Positions 52,396 through 60,758 of a DNA stretch of 64,000 nt are shown here, piece after piece. Below the pieces are notes generated by a model. It saw only the letters and a program-made list of their open reading frames with translations. It had not been told where the DNA came from and searched no databases. This stretch comes from Candidatus Omnitrophota bacterium (lineage in GTDB: Bacteria > Omnitrophota > Gorgyraeia > Gygaellales > Profunditerraquicolaceae), in the NCBI GenBank assembly GCA_028712255.1, contig JAQTQJ010000002.1, positions 22,846-86,845 of the forward strand, read 5' to 3'. Within the stretch, counting starts at the first letter, position 1, and every line of letters starts with the position of its first letter. The position numbers and the translations under genes were made by a program.

Positions 52396-55081
52396 CTTTA
52401 AAGATTTAAAGATAATTGATCTTATGGTTGCAATTAACCAGCGTTTTTCTGATATCCCTGCTTTACAGATCAAAGAATATGGTAAGTTTAGGGCTCTTTC
52501 TTATATTGATCTTGGGAGGCGGACCGCAGATACCGCTCATAATTTAAAAAAATTGGGAGTAGATCGAGGAAATAGAGTAGCTATTTTGTCTGAAAGTAGG
52601 CCTGAATGGGCCATCGCTTTCTTTGGCATTGTTTCTTGCGCTGGCATTACTGTTCCAATGGATGTGAAATTGAGTGATGCAGAAGTAGAATTTATTATTA
52701 ATGATTCTGGTGCTAAGTGTATTTTTATTTCCAATAAGTTTTTGGAAAGGATTAAAGGGCTAAGGCCAAAGCTTAAATTTATTGAACATATTATTTGTTT
52801 AGATAATGATGCAAAAGAAGATGTAATACTATTGAAAGATTTCAAAGTTTCCGAAAAGGAAGTTACGTATAGAGAAATAAAGGAAGATGATGTTGCAGTA
52901 ATAGTTTATACTTCCGGGACAACAGGTGTTGCTAAGGGCGTAGAACTAACTTATAAGAATTTATTGTTCGAAGTTACCTCTTTACACGATTTGATTAATT
53001 TTAATGACAAGGATGAGTTTTTATCCATTTTGCCTCTTAATCACATGCTTGAGTTAACAGGTGGTCTCCTTGGCCCTCTGTATGCGGGTGCGACAGTAAC
53101 TTATTGTGATAGTTTAAAACCTACAAATATCCTTCAATTGATGAACGAAACAAAATCGACAGTTATGATTTGCGTTCCTCTTGTTTTGAAGATGTTTCAT
53201 AATAGCATAATGAATAAAATATATGATCTGCCGGAAATTAAAAGGCTATTTGTTAAAACCTTACTTAATATTTCAAGATTTTTGCTAAAATTTCATATAC
53301 GAGTTGGTAAAGTTTTATTTATGTCAATACATAAGCAATTTGGATCAAATATACGTGGTTTTGTTTCCGGAGGCGCCCCGTTAGATGCAATTGTAGAACT
53401 TAATTTCAACGCTATGGGTTTTAGGATATTGCAAGGTTATGGTTTAACAGAAACAGCTCCAGTAATTACAGTTAATAATTTTGAAGATTGCAAATATGGA
53501 TCTGTCGGCAAGCCTTTGCCTGGAGTTGATGTAAAGATTATTCCAAATAACGAAACTGGTGGTAAGGATGGAGAGATTGTCGTTTGCGGTCCGAATGTCA
53601 TGAAAGGTTATTATAAAAGCGAAGAAAAGACAAAAGAAGTTTTAAAAGAAGGCTGGTTTCATACTGGTGATATTGGTTATTTTGATGTGGATGGTTTTTT
53701 ATTCATTTCGGGGAGAATAAGAAACTTGATAGTTTTAGGTTCAGGGAAGAAGGTATTTCCAGAAGAGATTGAAGAAGTAATGTCGGCCAGCCAGTATATA
53801 AAAGAAATATGTGTTTTAGGAAAGGTTGCCCAGCAAGGAATAAGAAAAGGTTGTGAAGAAGTTTATGCAGTTGTTGTCCCAAATTTAGATATGTTTGATA
53901 AAGAAAATAGAGTAAATAAAGAGTTTGTTAGGGAAAAGATCAATTCTGAGATATTAAGGTTGGGAGCAAATTTGGCTGAATATAAAAGAATAATGAATTT
54001 TGATATTTTTTATGATGAGTTGCCAAAGACATCAACGCGTAAAATAAAAAGGAAGGTTCTGTTGGAGCTTATTTCGAAAGCTGGAGTAGAGACAGAAAAG
54101 GAAGAATTTATTGAATCTACCCAGATCATGGAAGATGATTTTACCTTAAAATTAAGAAAAATAATTTCTGATTTAGCAAAGATTTCTCCTGAGAGAATAA
54201 CTCTTAATGCAGCACTTTATAATGATTTAGGGGTTGATTCTCTAATGAAAGTAGAGATTTTGACAAGTATACAAAAAGAACTCGGCATTAATATTCCGGA
54301 TAGTTTGAGTTATGAAATTAATACTCTTGGAGATTTAATAAAATTTGCTAAAGAATATAAAGCTGGTAGGAGTGGTGATGAGGAAGGAGAAAATAAAGAG
54401 GTTAATGATTTTGTAAATAAAAGGGTAAAATTCAAGTTAACACATGATGCCGCATATTTTATTTTTAAGTCCTTTTTTAAGATTTATTTTAATAAAACCG
54501 TATTTGGGTTAGAAAATATACCTCGTAATGGTTCATTTATTATTGCTGCAAATCATACCAGCTTATTGGATTTTCCTTTAATTATGACCAGTTTGCCTTA
54601 TGAGAAAATGAAAAACGTATTTGCTCCTGCCGCACAAGATTATTTTTATGTTAAGAAATATCGTAGAGCAATAATAGAATTATTATTTAATACGTTTCCT
54701 TTCGAAAGAATGGGAGATTTTGTAAAAGGATTAAAGATATGTGAGGCCCTTGTTAAAAACAATTGTTCGATAATTCTCTTCCCGGAAGGCACAAGAGTCA
54801 TGTCTGATCAATTACAGCCGTTTAAACCTGGATTAGGATCTTTGGCTTTAAATTTAAATGTTCCAATTTTACCAGTTTATATTGAAGGTGCTTTTAGGGC
54901 TATGCCAAAAGGGAAAGCTTTTCCTTCGCCAAGCAAGATTGAAATAATATTTGGGAAGGCTATATACCCAGATAAAATGGATTTATCAAATATTGTAAAT
55001 AATTACGAAAAATATGTTTATCTTTCTAAGGTATCTTTTGATGAAGTAGTTAAATTAAAAGAAAGAGGGCGAGGAAAATGA
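52382..55081 (+). CDS. Triple fusion: AMP-dependent acyl-CoA/acyl-ACP synthetase + acyl-carrier-protein domain + lysophospholipid (PlsC-type) acyltransferase
   Basis: AMP-binding motifs (YTSGTTGVAKGV; GYGLTETA; TGDIGYFD…GR), a phosphopantetheine site (LGVDSLMKVE), then acyltransferase motifs NHTSLLD (HX4D) and FPEGTR. ATG 52382 lies behind an agaggaaa RBS. Confidence 0.75.
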   Translation: MPNVSFKDLKIIDLMVAINQRFSDIPALQIKEYGKFRALSYIDLGRRTADTAHNLKKLGVDRGNRVAILSESRPEWAIAFFGIVSCAGITVPMDVKLSDAEVEFIINDSGAKCIFISNKFLERIKGLRPKLKFIEHIICLDNDAKEDVILLKDFKVSEKEVTYREIKEDDVAVIVYTSGTTGVAKGVELTYKNLLFEVTSLHDLINFNDKDEFLSILPLNHMLELTGGLLGPLYAGATVTYCDSLKPTNILQLMNETKSTVMICVPLVLKMFHNSIMNKIYDLPEIKRLFVKTLLNISRFLLKFHIRVGKVLFMSIHKQFGSNIRGFVSGGAPLDAIVELNFNAMGFRILQGYGLTETAPVITVNNFEDCKYGSVGKPLPGVDVKIIPNNETGGKDGEIVVCGPNVMKGYYKSEEKTKEVLKEGWFHTGDIGYFDVDGFLFISGRIRNLIVLGSGKKVFPEEIEEVMSASQYIKEICVLGKVAQQGIRKGCEEVYAVVVPNLDMFDKENRVNKEFVREKINSEILRLGANLAEYKRIMNFDIFYDELPKTSTRKIKRKVLLELISKAGVETEKEEFIESTQIMEDDFTLKLRKIISDLAKISPERITLNAALYNDLGVDSLMKVEILTSIQKELGINIPDSLSYEINTLGDLIKFAKEYKAGRSGDEEGENKEVNDFVNKRVKFKLTHDAAYFIFKSFFKIYFNKTVFGLENIPRNGSFIIAANHTSLLDFPLIMTSLPYEKMKNVFAPAAQDYFYVKKYRRAIIELLFNTFPFERMGDFVKGLKICEALVKNNCSIILFPEGTRVMSDQLQPFKPGLGSLALNLNVPILPVYIEGAFRAMPKGKAFPSPSKIEIIFGKAIYPDKMDLSNIVNNYEKYVYLSKVSFDEVVKLKERGRGK

Positions 55082-55689
55082 TTACGGTTTACGATTTAAA
55101 ACCGCGTTTTCAAAAAATTCTACAACCAACTATGCAATATCTTATCAAAAAAGGGGTAACTCCTAATATTGTTACTTTTATGGCGCTTTTAGGATCTTTT
55201 TTAGTAGCGATTTTTTCCATTATTCTTAAAGATCGTGCTTGGATTTTGTTAATTTTACCTATGTGGTTATTCATTAGGATGGCTTTAAACGCAATTGATG
55301 GAATGATGGCTCGACAATTTAATTTATCTTCTCGTCTTGGCGCTGTCTTAAATGAAACAGGAGATATCCTTTCTGATATTTTTCTTTATCTTTCTTTAAT
55401 TGTTTTCTACCCTGGTGTATTATGGGCTATATATCTTTTCGTTATTTTAGCTATTTTAACAGAATTCTGTGGAGTTTTAGGACAAGCTCTGGGGGTTGGC
55501 CGTTGTTATGACGGGCCGATGGGTAAAAGCGATAGAGCTTTTTTTGTTGGCTTACTAGCGGTTATTTCTTTTATTTTCCCTTCAGTATTTAAATTGTGGA
55601 GCTATTTTTTTTATGGAGTTTCTTTCTTAAGTATTTTAACCTGTTGGAATAGACTCCGTCATAGTTTAAAAAGTAGGGAGCAAGGATGA
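55078..55689 (+). CDS. CDP-alcohol phosphatidyltransferase-family protein
   Basis: DG(x)2AR…G(x)3D(x)3D signature: AIDGMMARQFNLSSRLGAVLNETGDILSD. Confidence 0.8.
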   Translation: MITVYDLKPRFQKILQPTMQYLIKKGVTPNIVTFMALLGSFLVAIFSIILKDRAWILLILPMWLFIRMALNAIDGMMARQFNLSSRLGAVLNETGDILSDIFLYLSLIVFYPGVLWAIYLFVILAILTEFCGVLGQALGVGRCYDGPMGKSDRAFFVGLLAVISFIFPSVFKLWSYFFYGVSFLSILTCWNRLRHSLKSREQG

Positions 55690-56639
55690 AAGAACTCTTT
55701 TTATCTCTTACGTTGACACAGCAAGGCGGAATCATTGTTTTATTTTTATTGATACCTGCCTCAGCTATTCTTTATATTTTAAAGAAGATTCGTCCAGATA
55801 CTGACTGGGCCGAACTTGGTAATCGTATAAAGGCTTGGTGGATTATGGCCGTAGTTTTTCTTACAGCTATGTCAGTGAACCGTAATATTTCAATCGTTTT
55901 TTTCGCTCTTTTAAGTTTTTTAGCTTTGAAAGAATATTTTTCCATTTTTAAAACGAGATTGGTTGATCAACGCGCTATTTTTTGGGCATTTTTAACCATA
56001 CCTATTCAATATTATTGGATTGTCACACAGTGGTATGGTATGTTCTTGATTTTTATTCCTGTTTATATGTTTTTATTTCTTCCAGTTCGTCTGGTTTTGG
56101 TCGGAGAAATGCAAGGCTTTTTAGCGGCGGCTTCCAGGATTCAATGGGGTATTATGGCATTTGTATTTGGTTTGGGCCACATTGCCTATCTTTTAACTTT
56201 ACCACAACTTTCTGGTATTAAGGTTAGCGGAACCTCCTTGGTTTTCTTTCTCGTTTTAATGACCGAGTTGGGTGATGTTTCTCAATATATTTGGGGTAAG
56301 ATTTTGGGGAAACATAAAATCCTGCCATTGGTGAGTCCTAAAAAGACGTGGGAGGGATTTTTAGGTGGGGTTTTTTCAGCGATGATTCTTGGTGCCGTGT
56401 TTAGATTTTTAACTCCTTTTTCAGTAGCCAGCGCTATTGTAATAGGAGCTATTATTGCGATTGTTGGTTTTTGTGGGGATGTGGTTATGTCTGCCGTTAA
56501 AAGAGATGCAGGTGTTAAGGATTTCGGACAACTGATTCCAGGCCACGGTGGAATGCTAGATCGTGTTGACTCTCTATGTTTTACTGCGCCTGTATTCTTT
56601 CACATTGTAGTATTTTTTTATTACTCTCACTTATCATAA
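55686..56639 (+). CDS. cdsA: Phosphatidate cytidylyltransferase-family protein (CdsA-like, N-terminally extended)
   Basis: C-terminal CdsA signature KRDAGVKDFGQLIPGHGGMLDRVDS. Confidence 0.75.
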   Translation: MKELFLSLTLTQQGGIIVLFLLIPASAILYILKKIRPDTDWAELGNRIKAWWIMAVVFLTAMSVNRNISIVFFALLSFLALKEYFSIFKTRLVDQRAIFWAFLTIPIQYYWIVTQWYGMFLIFIPVYMFLFLPVRLVLVGEMQGFLAAASRIQWGIMAFVFGLGHIAYLLTLPQLSGIKVSGTSLVFFLVLMTELGDVSQYIWGKILGKHKILPLVSPKKTWEGFLGGVFSAMILGAVFRFLTPFSVASAIVIGAIIAIVGFCGDVVMSAVKRDAGVKDFGQLIPGHGGMLDRVDSLCFTAPVFFHIVVFFYYSHLS

Positions 56640-56923
56640 TAATTGTGTGATTTCAATAAAGAGGGGGTCTCCCTTGATTAGGATTATTTTTTTTATGGGG
56701 ATTTTTTCAGGCTACTATTTTTTTCTTAGCTCCTGACGTTTATTTAACGGGAGTTGTTCTAAAGGCTGATTTAAAGAAAACATTAGGGGCTCTTTTAGTG
56801 GGAGCTCTTGTATATTATTTTGCTTTCATGTATCCTTTGAAAACATTAAATTGGTTCGATCATATTCCGGGAATTTTTGTAAAACTAATTCAGGATGTCC
56901 GCTTTTTATTGAAAGGAGAGGCC

Positions 56924-57301
56924 ATGTTAATGAGAATGATGGGAGTTATTTTATTAACCCTAATTATAGGAGGCTGCGCGACAGGCGTAAAGAAACAAAC
57001 AACGCAGCAATCAGACTATCAGTGGCCTTCGCAAACATATCAACAAAATACTTCTTCTTGGGATTATGAAGATGTCCAGCCAGCCAAAAGCACAACATAT
57101 TCCGTTCCTGTTAACTTAAGTGCGAAGCAAATTCAAAGGGCATTAAAAAGCGCCGGTTTTTATCAAGGAGCGGTTGACGGTAAAATCGGGCCCAAGACTA
57201 AGAGTGCTATCATAAAATTTCAGAAAGCACATAATCTTAAGGCAGATGGTGTTGTAGGCAAGAGAACATCGATGGAGCTAAATAAATATTTATCTGAATA
57301 A
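56924..57301 (+). CDS. Lipoprotein with C-terminal peptidoglycan-binding (PG_binding_1) domain
   Basis: Lipobox LIIGGC, then GFYQGAVDGKIGPKTKSAIIKFQKAHNLKADGVVG. ATG 56924 lies behind a gaaaggagag RBS. The upstream in-frame extension to 56798 is discounted. Confidence 0.65.
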   Translation: MLMRMMGVILLTLIIGGCATGVKKQTTQQSDYQWPSQTYQQNTSSWDYEDVQPAKSTTYSVPVNLSAKQIQRALKSAGFYQGAVDGKIGPKTKSAIIKFQKAHNLKADGVVGKRTSMELNKYLSE

Positions 57302-57371
57302 TGAAAGCAAAGGTAAAAGCGCAATAGTATAGAGCGATAATCTAGTATTCGGTTTAGTTCTAGGATTTTGT

Positions 57372-58412
57372 TTGAGAAAGGATTCTATGGTTAAAACTAA
57401 GATAATCTGCACGCTTGGCCCGGCATCATCAAGGGCGAGGATACTTAGAAAAATGATTCTTGCCGGCATGGATGTCGCCCGTTTGAACTTCTCGCACGGT
57501 AAACCGCGGGAGTTACTTGATAGAATAGGCTTCATTCGGATATTAAACGCGAAATACCGTAGGCACATAAAGCTTCTAGGCGATCTTCAGGGGCATCGAA
57601 TAAGGATAGGAGAGCTCGTTGCTCCAGCTTTGCTTAAAAAAAGCCGGATTGTATGGCTTACTCAGCAAAACATAAAAGGATCGCATGAAATTATACCTTT
57701 GGATTACCGCGGCCCGCTAATCAGTATTAAGAACGGCCACCGGATATTCATCGATGATGGAAATATTGGTTTAGAAGTGATCGGTAGGGCTAAAAACAAA
57801 CTTAAGGCCAAGGTGATAACCGGCGGCCTGCTTAAGGAGCATAAGGGCGTAAATATCCCGGAGGCAAGGCTTGAATTCGGTGGTATAAGCCAGAAGGATA
57901 TGCAGGATATATCTTTTTGCGAAAAACATGGCGTGGAATATATCGCCCAGTCATTCGTGCGCACAAAGAGGGATATAATGGATGTAAGAGGGGTTCTCGG
58001 GGAAAGCTCTCAGATTAAGATTATCGCTAAAATCGAGAATAGGGAGGGCATAAAGAATGTCGATGAAATAATTAAGGTTTCCGATGGCATTATGATAGCG
58101 CGCGGAGATATGGGGGTATCGCTGCCCATCTATGAAATACCCGTTATCCAAAAGATGATTATAAAAAAATGTAACCGTGCAAGAAAGTTTGTTATTACCG
58201 CAACCCAGATGCTTGAGAGCATGACTGAAAATCTTAGGCCTACCCGCGCTGAGGTAACGGACGTGGCAAATGCCATAATCGACGGCACTGATTTTGTGAT
58301 GCTTTCGGCAGAATCAGCCGTGGGTAAATACCCGGTTGAAACGGTTGCTATGATGAATAATATCATAAAATTTACGGAAGGTTATTTAAAAGAAAAGAAA
58401 GCTTCAGAATAG
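57372..58412 (+). CDS. pyk: Pyruvate-kinase-like protein lacking the C-terminal domain (A + B domains only)
   Basis: PK N-terminal signature [10 protein letters not shown]…[13 protein letters not shown] and TIM-barrel motifs (KIIAKIEN; MIARGDMGV; ATQMLESM). Ends after the A-domain at 346 aa, where canonical PKs continue with a further C-terminal domain. Confidence 0.7.
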   Translation: MRKDSMVKTKIICTLGPASSRARILRKMILAGMDVARLNFSHGKPRELLDRIGFIRILNAKYRRHIKLLGDLQGHRIRIGELVAPALLKKSRIVWLTQQNIKGSHEIIPLDYRGPLISIKNGHRIFIDDGNIGLEVIGRAKNKLKAKVITGGLLKEHKGVNIPEARLEFGGISQKDMQDISFCEKHGVEYIAQSFVRTKRDIMDVRGVLGESSQIKIIAKIENREGIKNVDEIIKVSDGIMIARGDMGVSLPIYEIPVIQKMIIKKCNRARKFVITATQMLESMTENLRPTRAEVTDVANAIIDGTDFVMLSAESAVGKYPVETVAMMNNIIKFTEGYLKEKKASE

Positions 58413-58465
58413 ATACCTCGCGCTAATTGGTATTGCGCGAGTGTTGTCTAGGTAGACAAGGAGCT

Positions 58466-58528
58466 CATGATGACCAGATTAAGAAAGTATTTTATAACCG
58501 GGCTAGCAGTGATAGTGTTGGTTTTTTG
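58466..58528 (+). pseudogene. Truncated duplicate of the 5' end of the DUF502 gene (MMTRLRKYFITGLAVIVLVF*)
   Basis: Roughly 48 of 57 nt identical by eye to 60040-60100, the start of the intact DUF502 gene. Closed by a stop after 20 codons. Confidence 0.4.
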
Positions 58529-58832
58529 ACGACTTAATTTGGCTGAATAGAATATTATTTTGATTTACTATTTTGATAAATTAGCCTAATTGTTAAAGTT
58601 TCTATTGTATAAAACTAGGTTTTAAAACAAACGGAGGAATTAAATGTTTAGGGTGAACATTCTCGAAGCAGAGGATTACTCAGCCTGAGTCCGTCAGAAG
58701 GTCAGAAGACTGTGGTTTGGTTTTGGTAGCCAAAATCACTAACCTCATAAATTTAAAAAAATAATATGGGTAGAGTATTTATTTTTAGGTTTTTTATTTA
58801 ATTTATGCGGGATACAAAAGGAGAATGTAAAA

Positions 58833-59459
58833 ATGTGGGGATTAATAGTTAAGGGCGGTCCTGTAATGATACCCATAATAATGGGTTCAATAATCGGCTG
58901 GGCGTTAGTTTTGGAAAGGCTTTGGGTTTTTAGAAAAATGAGTACTTTGAATAGCTATGAATTTGTGCAGGAGATTTTTAGAAATATAAAATCCCGCGAT
59001 ATTAAATCTGCTATGCAGTTATGCGAAGAGAACATAAAACATCCTATTGCAGCCGTATTTAAGGTGGGCATTGAAAGAAGGTTGCTGCCGATGGATAGGT
59101 TAGAGAAAATTCTTGAACAGGTTGGGAATAATCAGGTTGAAAGGCTGGAAAAATTTCTCGGCGTCATCGCTTCAGTTATTTCCATAGAGCCTCTTTTGGG
59201 GTTTTTAGGCACTATAACAGGTTTAATCAAAGCTTTTATGTCTTGGGAACATGCGGGAGCGGATATAACGGTGAATGTTCTTGCGGGCGGAATCTACGAA
59301 GCTATGATTACCACAGCCGCGGGATTGATTATTGCCATACCTCTTTATCTTTTTTATAACTATCTCATTAATTGTATTAAGCGCATTTCAAATAGTCTTA
59401 ATAACCACACAATACAGCTTATAGAATTGTTCTCTGAAACTAATGAGTCAACACGGTAA
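58833..59459 (+). CDS. tolQ: MotA/TolQ/ExbB-family proton channel
   Basis: Three TM helices with the conserved GFLGTITGLIKAF… segment. Confidence 0.8.
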   Translation: MWGLIVKGGPVMIPIIMGSIIGWALVLERLWVFRKMSTLNSYEFVQEIFRNIKSRDIKSAMQLCEENIKHPIAAVFKVGIERRLLPMDRLEKILEQVGNNQVERLEKFLGVIASVISIEPLLGFLGTITGLIKAFMSWEHAGADITVNVLAGGIYEAMITTAAGLIIAIPLYLFYNYLINCIKRISNSLNNHTIQLIELFSETNESTR

Positions 59460-59471
59460 GGAAAATAGGAT

Positions 59472-59882
59472 ATGAATATTTCTGGCAAACGTGATTATAC
59501 GATTAGTTTGGAATCAGTGGTAATGACGGATATCGTGCTCAATATGTTTATTTTCTTTTTCATATCTTTCAGCCTTTTGTATACCATAAATCCTTGGAAA
59601 AAACTGGATATGAAATTACCTAAGGCAGAACATGCCTCTACCATTAAGGATAAAGGGCAGATTAACATCACTATTAGTGCCGACGGCCCCGTTTACTTAA
59701 ACAAAGAGTTGGTTACTATGAAAGAACTAAAAGAAAGAGTTTTATTACGATACAAAGCTAATCTCGACGTTTCTGTGCTGTTATGCGCTGATAAACGCCG
59801 TTCTTTTAGGGATGTTGTGCGTGTATTGGATATATTAAGTGGTATTGGAATCACCCGACTTGATATCGCAGCTGTTGAATAA
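59472..59882 (+). CDS. tolR: ExbD/TolR-family biopolymer transport protein
   Basis: Single N-terminal TM, then the ExbD periplasmic domain (…QINITISADGPVYLNKE…). Confidence 0.8.
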   Translation: MNISGKRDYTISLESVVMTDIVLNMFIFFFISFSLLYTINPWKKLDMKLPKAEHASTIKDKGQINITISADGPVYLNKELVTMKELKERVLLRYKANLDVSVLLCADKRRSFRDVVRVLDILSGIGITRLDIAAVE

Positions 59883-60035
59883 GAATAGAGCAAAAATTTA
59901 TTCTAGCGTTTTTTCTACAGAAAGTATTTAAAACCGAGCCCTTAGTAAACTTTGGTTGGTTTTTTGTATTCGGGATTCCTTCACTTCTTTTGTGGGCAAT
60001 GGATGTTTGGAATGGGGACAAAATGAGGATCTTTT

Positions 60036-60626
60036 ATGAATAGATTAAGGAGATATTTTATAACTGGATTGGCAGTGGTAGTACCGGTTTTTTTGACGGT
60101 TTATATTTTGGTGGCCTCATTCCGTTTTATCGATAATATCTTAGGTAGGTTTTTAAACGTTTATTTCAAAAATACCCTGGGATTTTATATTCCCGGTTTA
60201 GGTATTCTAATTTTTATTTTACTCATACTTTTGGTCGGATTTTTAGCTAATCGTTATATAGGTAAAAGGATTTTTCCTTTTATTGATAAGTGGTTCTCTA
60301 ACTTACCCTTAATCAGGAATATTTATCCTACCTTTAAGCAAGTTATTTCATTTATTTTAGCGCAAAAAGAATTCGGATTTAAGAAGGTGGTCTTAGTAGA
60401 GTATCCTTCAAAAGGTATACGGTCTTTAGGATTTTTAACAAACGAAGAATTCCCGAAATTAAGCCAAATATCAAATAAGGCTATGGTATCAATTTTTATG
60501 CCTACTTCTCCCGGGCCATTTACCGGAGTTGTTATTTTTGTAGCCAAAGAAGATTTAAATTTTCCGGATATCTCTATCGCGGACGCCTTCAAAATTATTA
60601 TTTCTGGGGGTGTTTTTAAGCCATGA
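60036..60626 (+). CDS. DUF502-domain membrane protein
   Basis: N-terminus MNRLRRYFITGLAVVVPVFLTVYIL and the DUF502 core (…GFLTNE…FMPTSPGPFTG…). Confidence 0.75.
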   Translation: MNRLRRYFITGLAVVVPVFLTVYILVASFRFIDNILGRFLNVYFKNTLGFYIPGLGILIFILLILLVGFLANRYIGKRIFPFIDKWFSNLPLIRNIYPTFKQVISFILAQKEFGFKKVVLVEYPSKGIRSLGFLTNEEFPKLSQISNKAMVSIFMPTSPGPFTGVVIFVAKEDLNFPDISIADAFKIIISGGVFKP

Positions 60627-60704
60627 TTCACTAATGTTTACCCCAAAGAAATGGACAAGATATAACACTTTATTTTTAAGATAGTTGTGCAATTTCTATC
60701 CAAG

Positions 60705-60755
60705 GGCATGATGGATAATATTATAAAATTTACGGAAGAATATTTAAAGGAATAG
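60705..60755 (+). repeat. Duplicate of the last ~17 codons of the pyruvate-kinase-like gene, placed directly before the P-type ATPase start
   Basis: ggcatgatggataatattataaaatttacggaagaatatttaaaggaatag matches gctatgatgaataatatcataaaatttacggaaggttatttaaaagaa…tag at 58349-58412, about 40 of 45 nt by eye. Confidence 0.4.
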
Positions 60756-60758
60756 AGC

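Noticed and set aside
52078-52473. 131-codon minus-strand ORF
   Set aside because: Antisense to the overlap of the LbH acyltransferase and the start of the AAS-ACP-PlsC gene. No motifs.
56798-56923. Upstream GTG-initiated extension of the PG-binding lipoprotein ORF (MGALVYYFAFMYPL…)
   Set aside because: No RBS at 56798. A strong RBS precedes the ATG at 56924, which also yields a proper signal peptide and lipobox.
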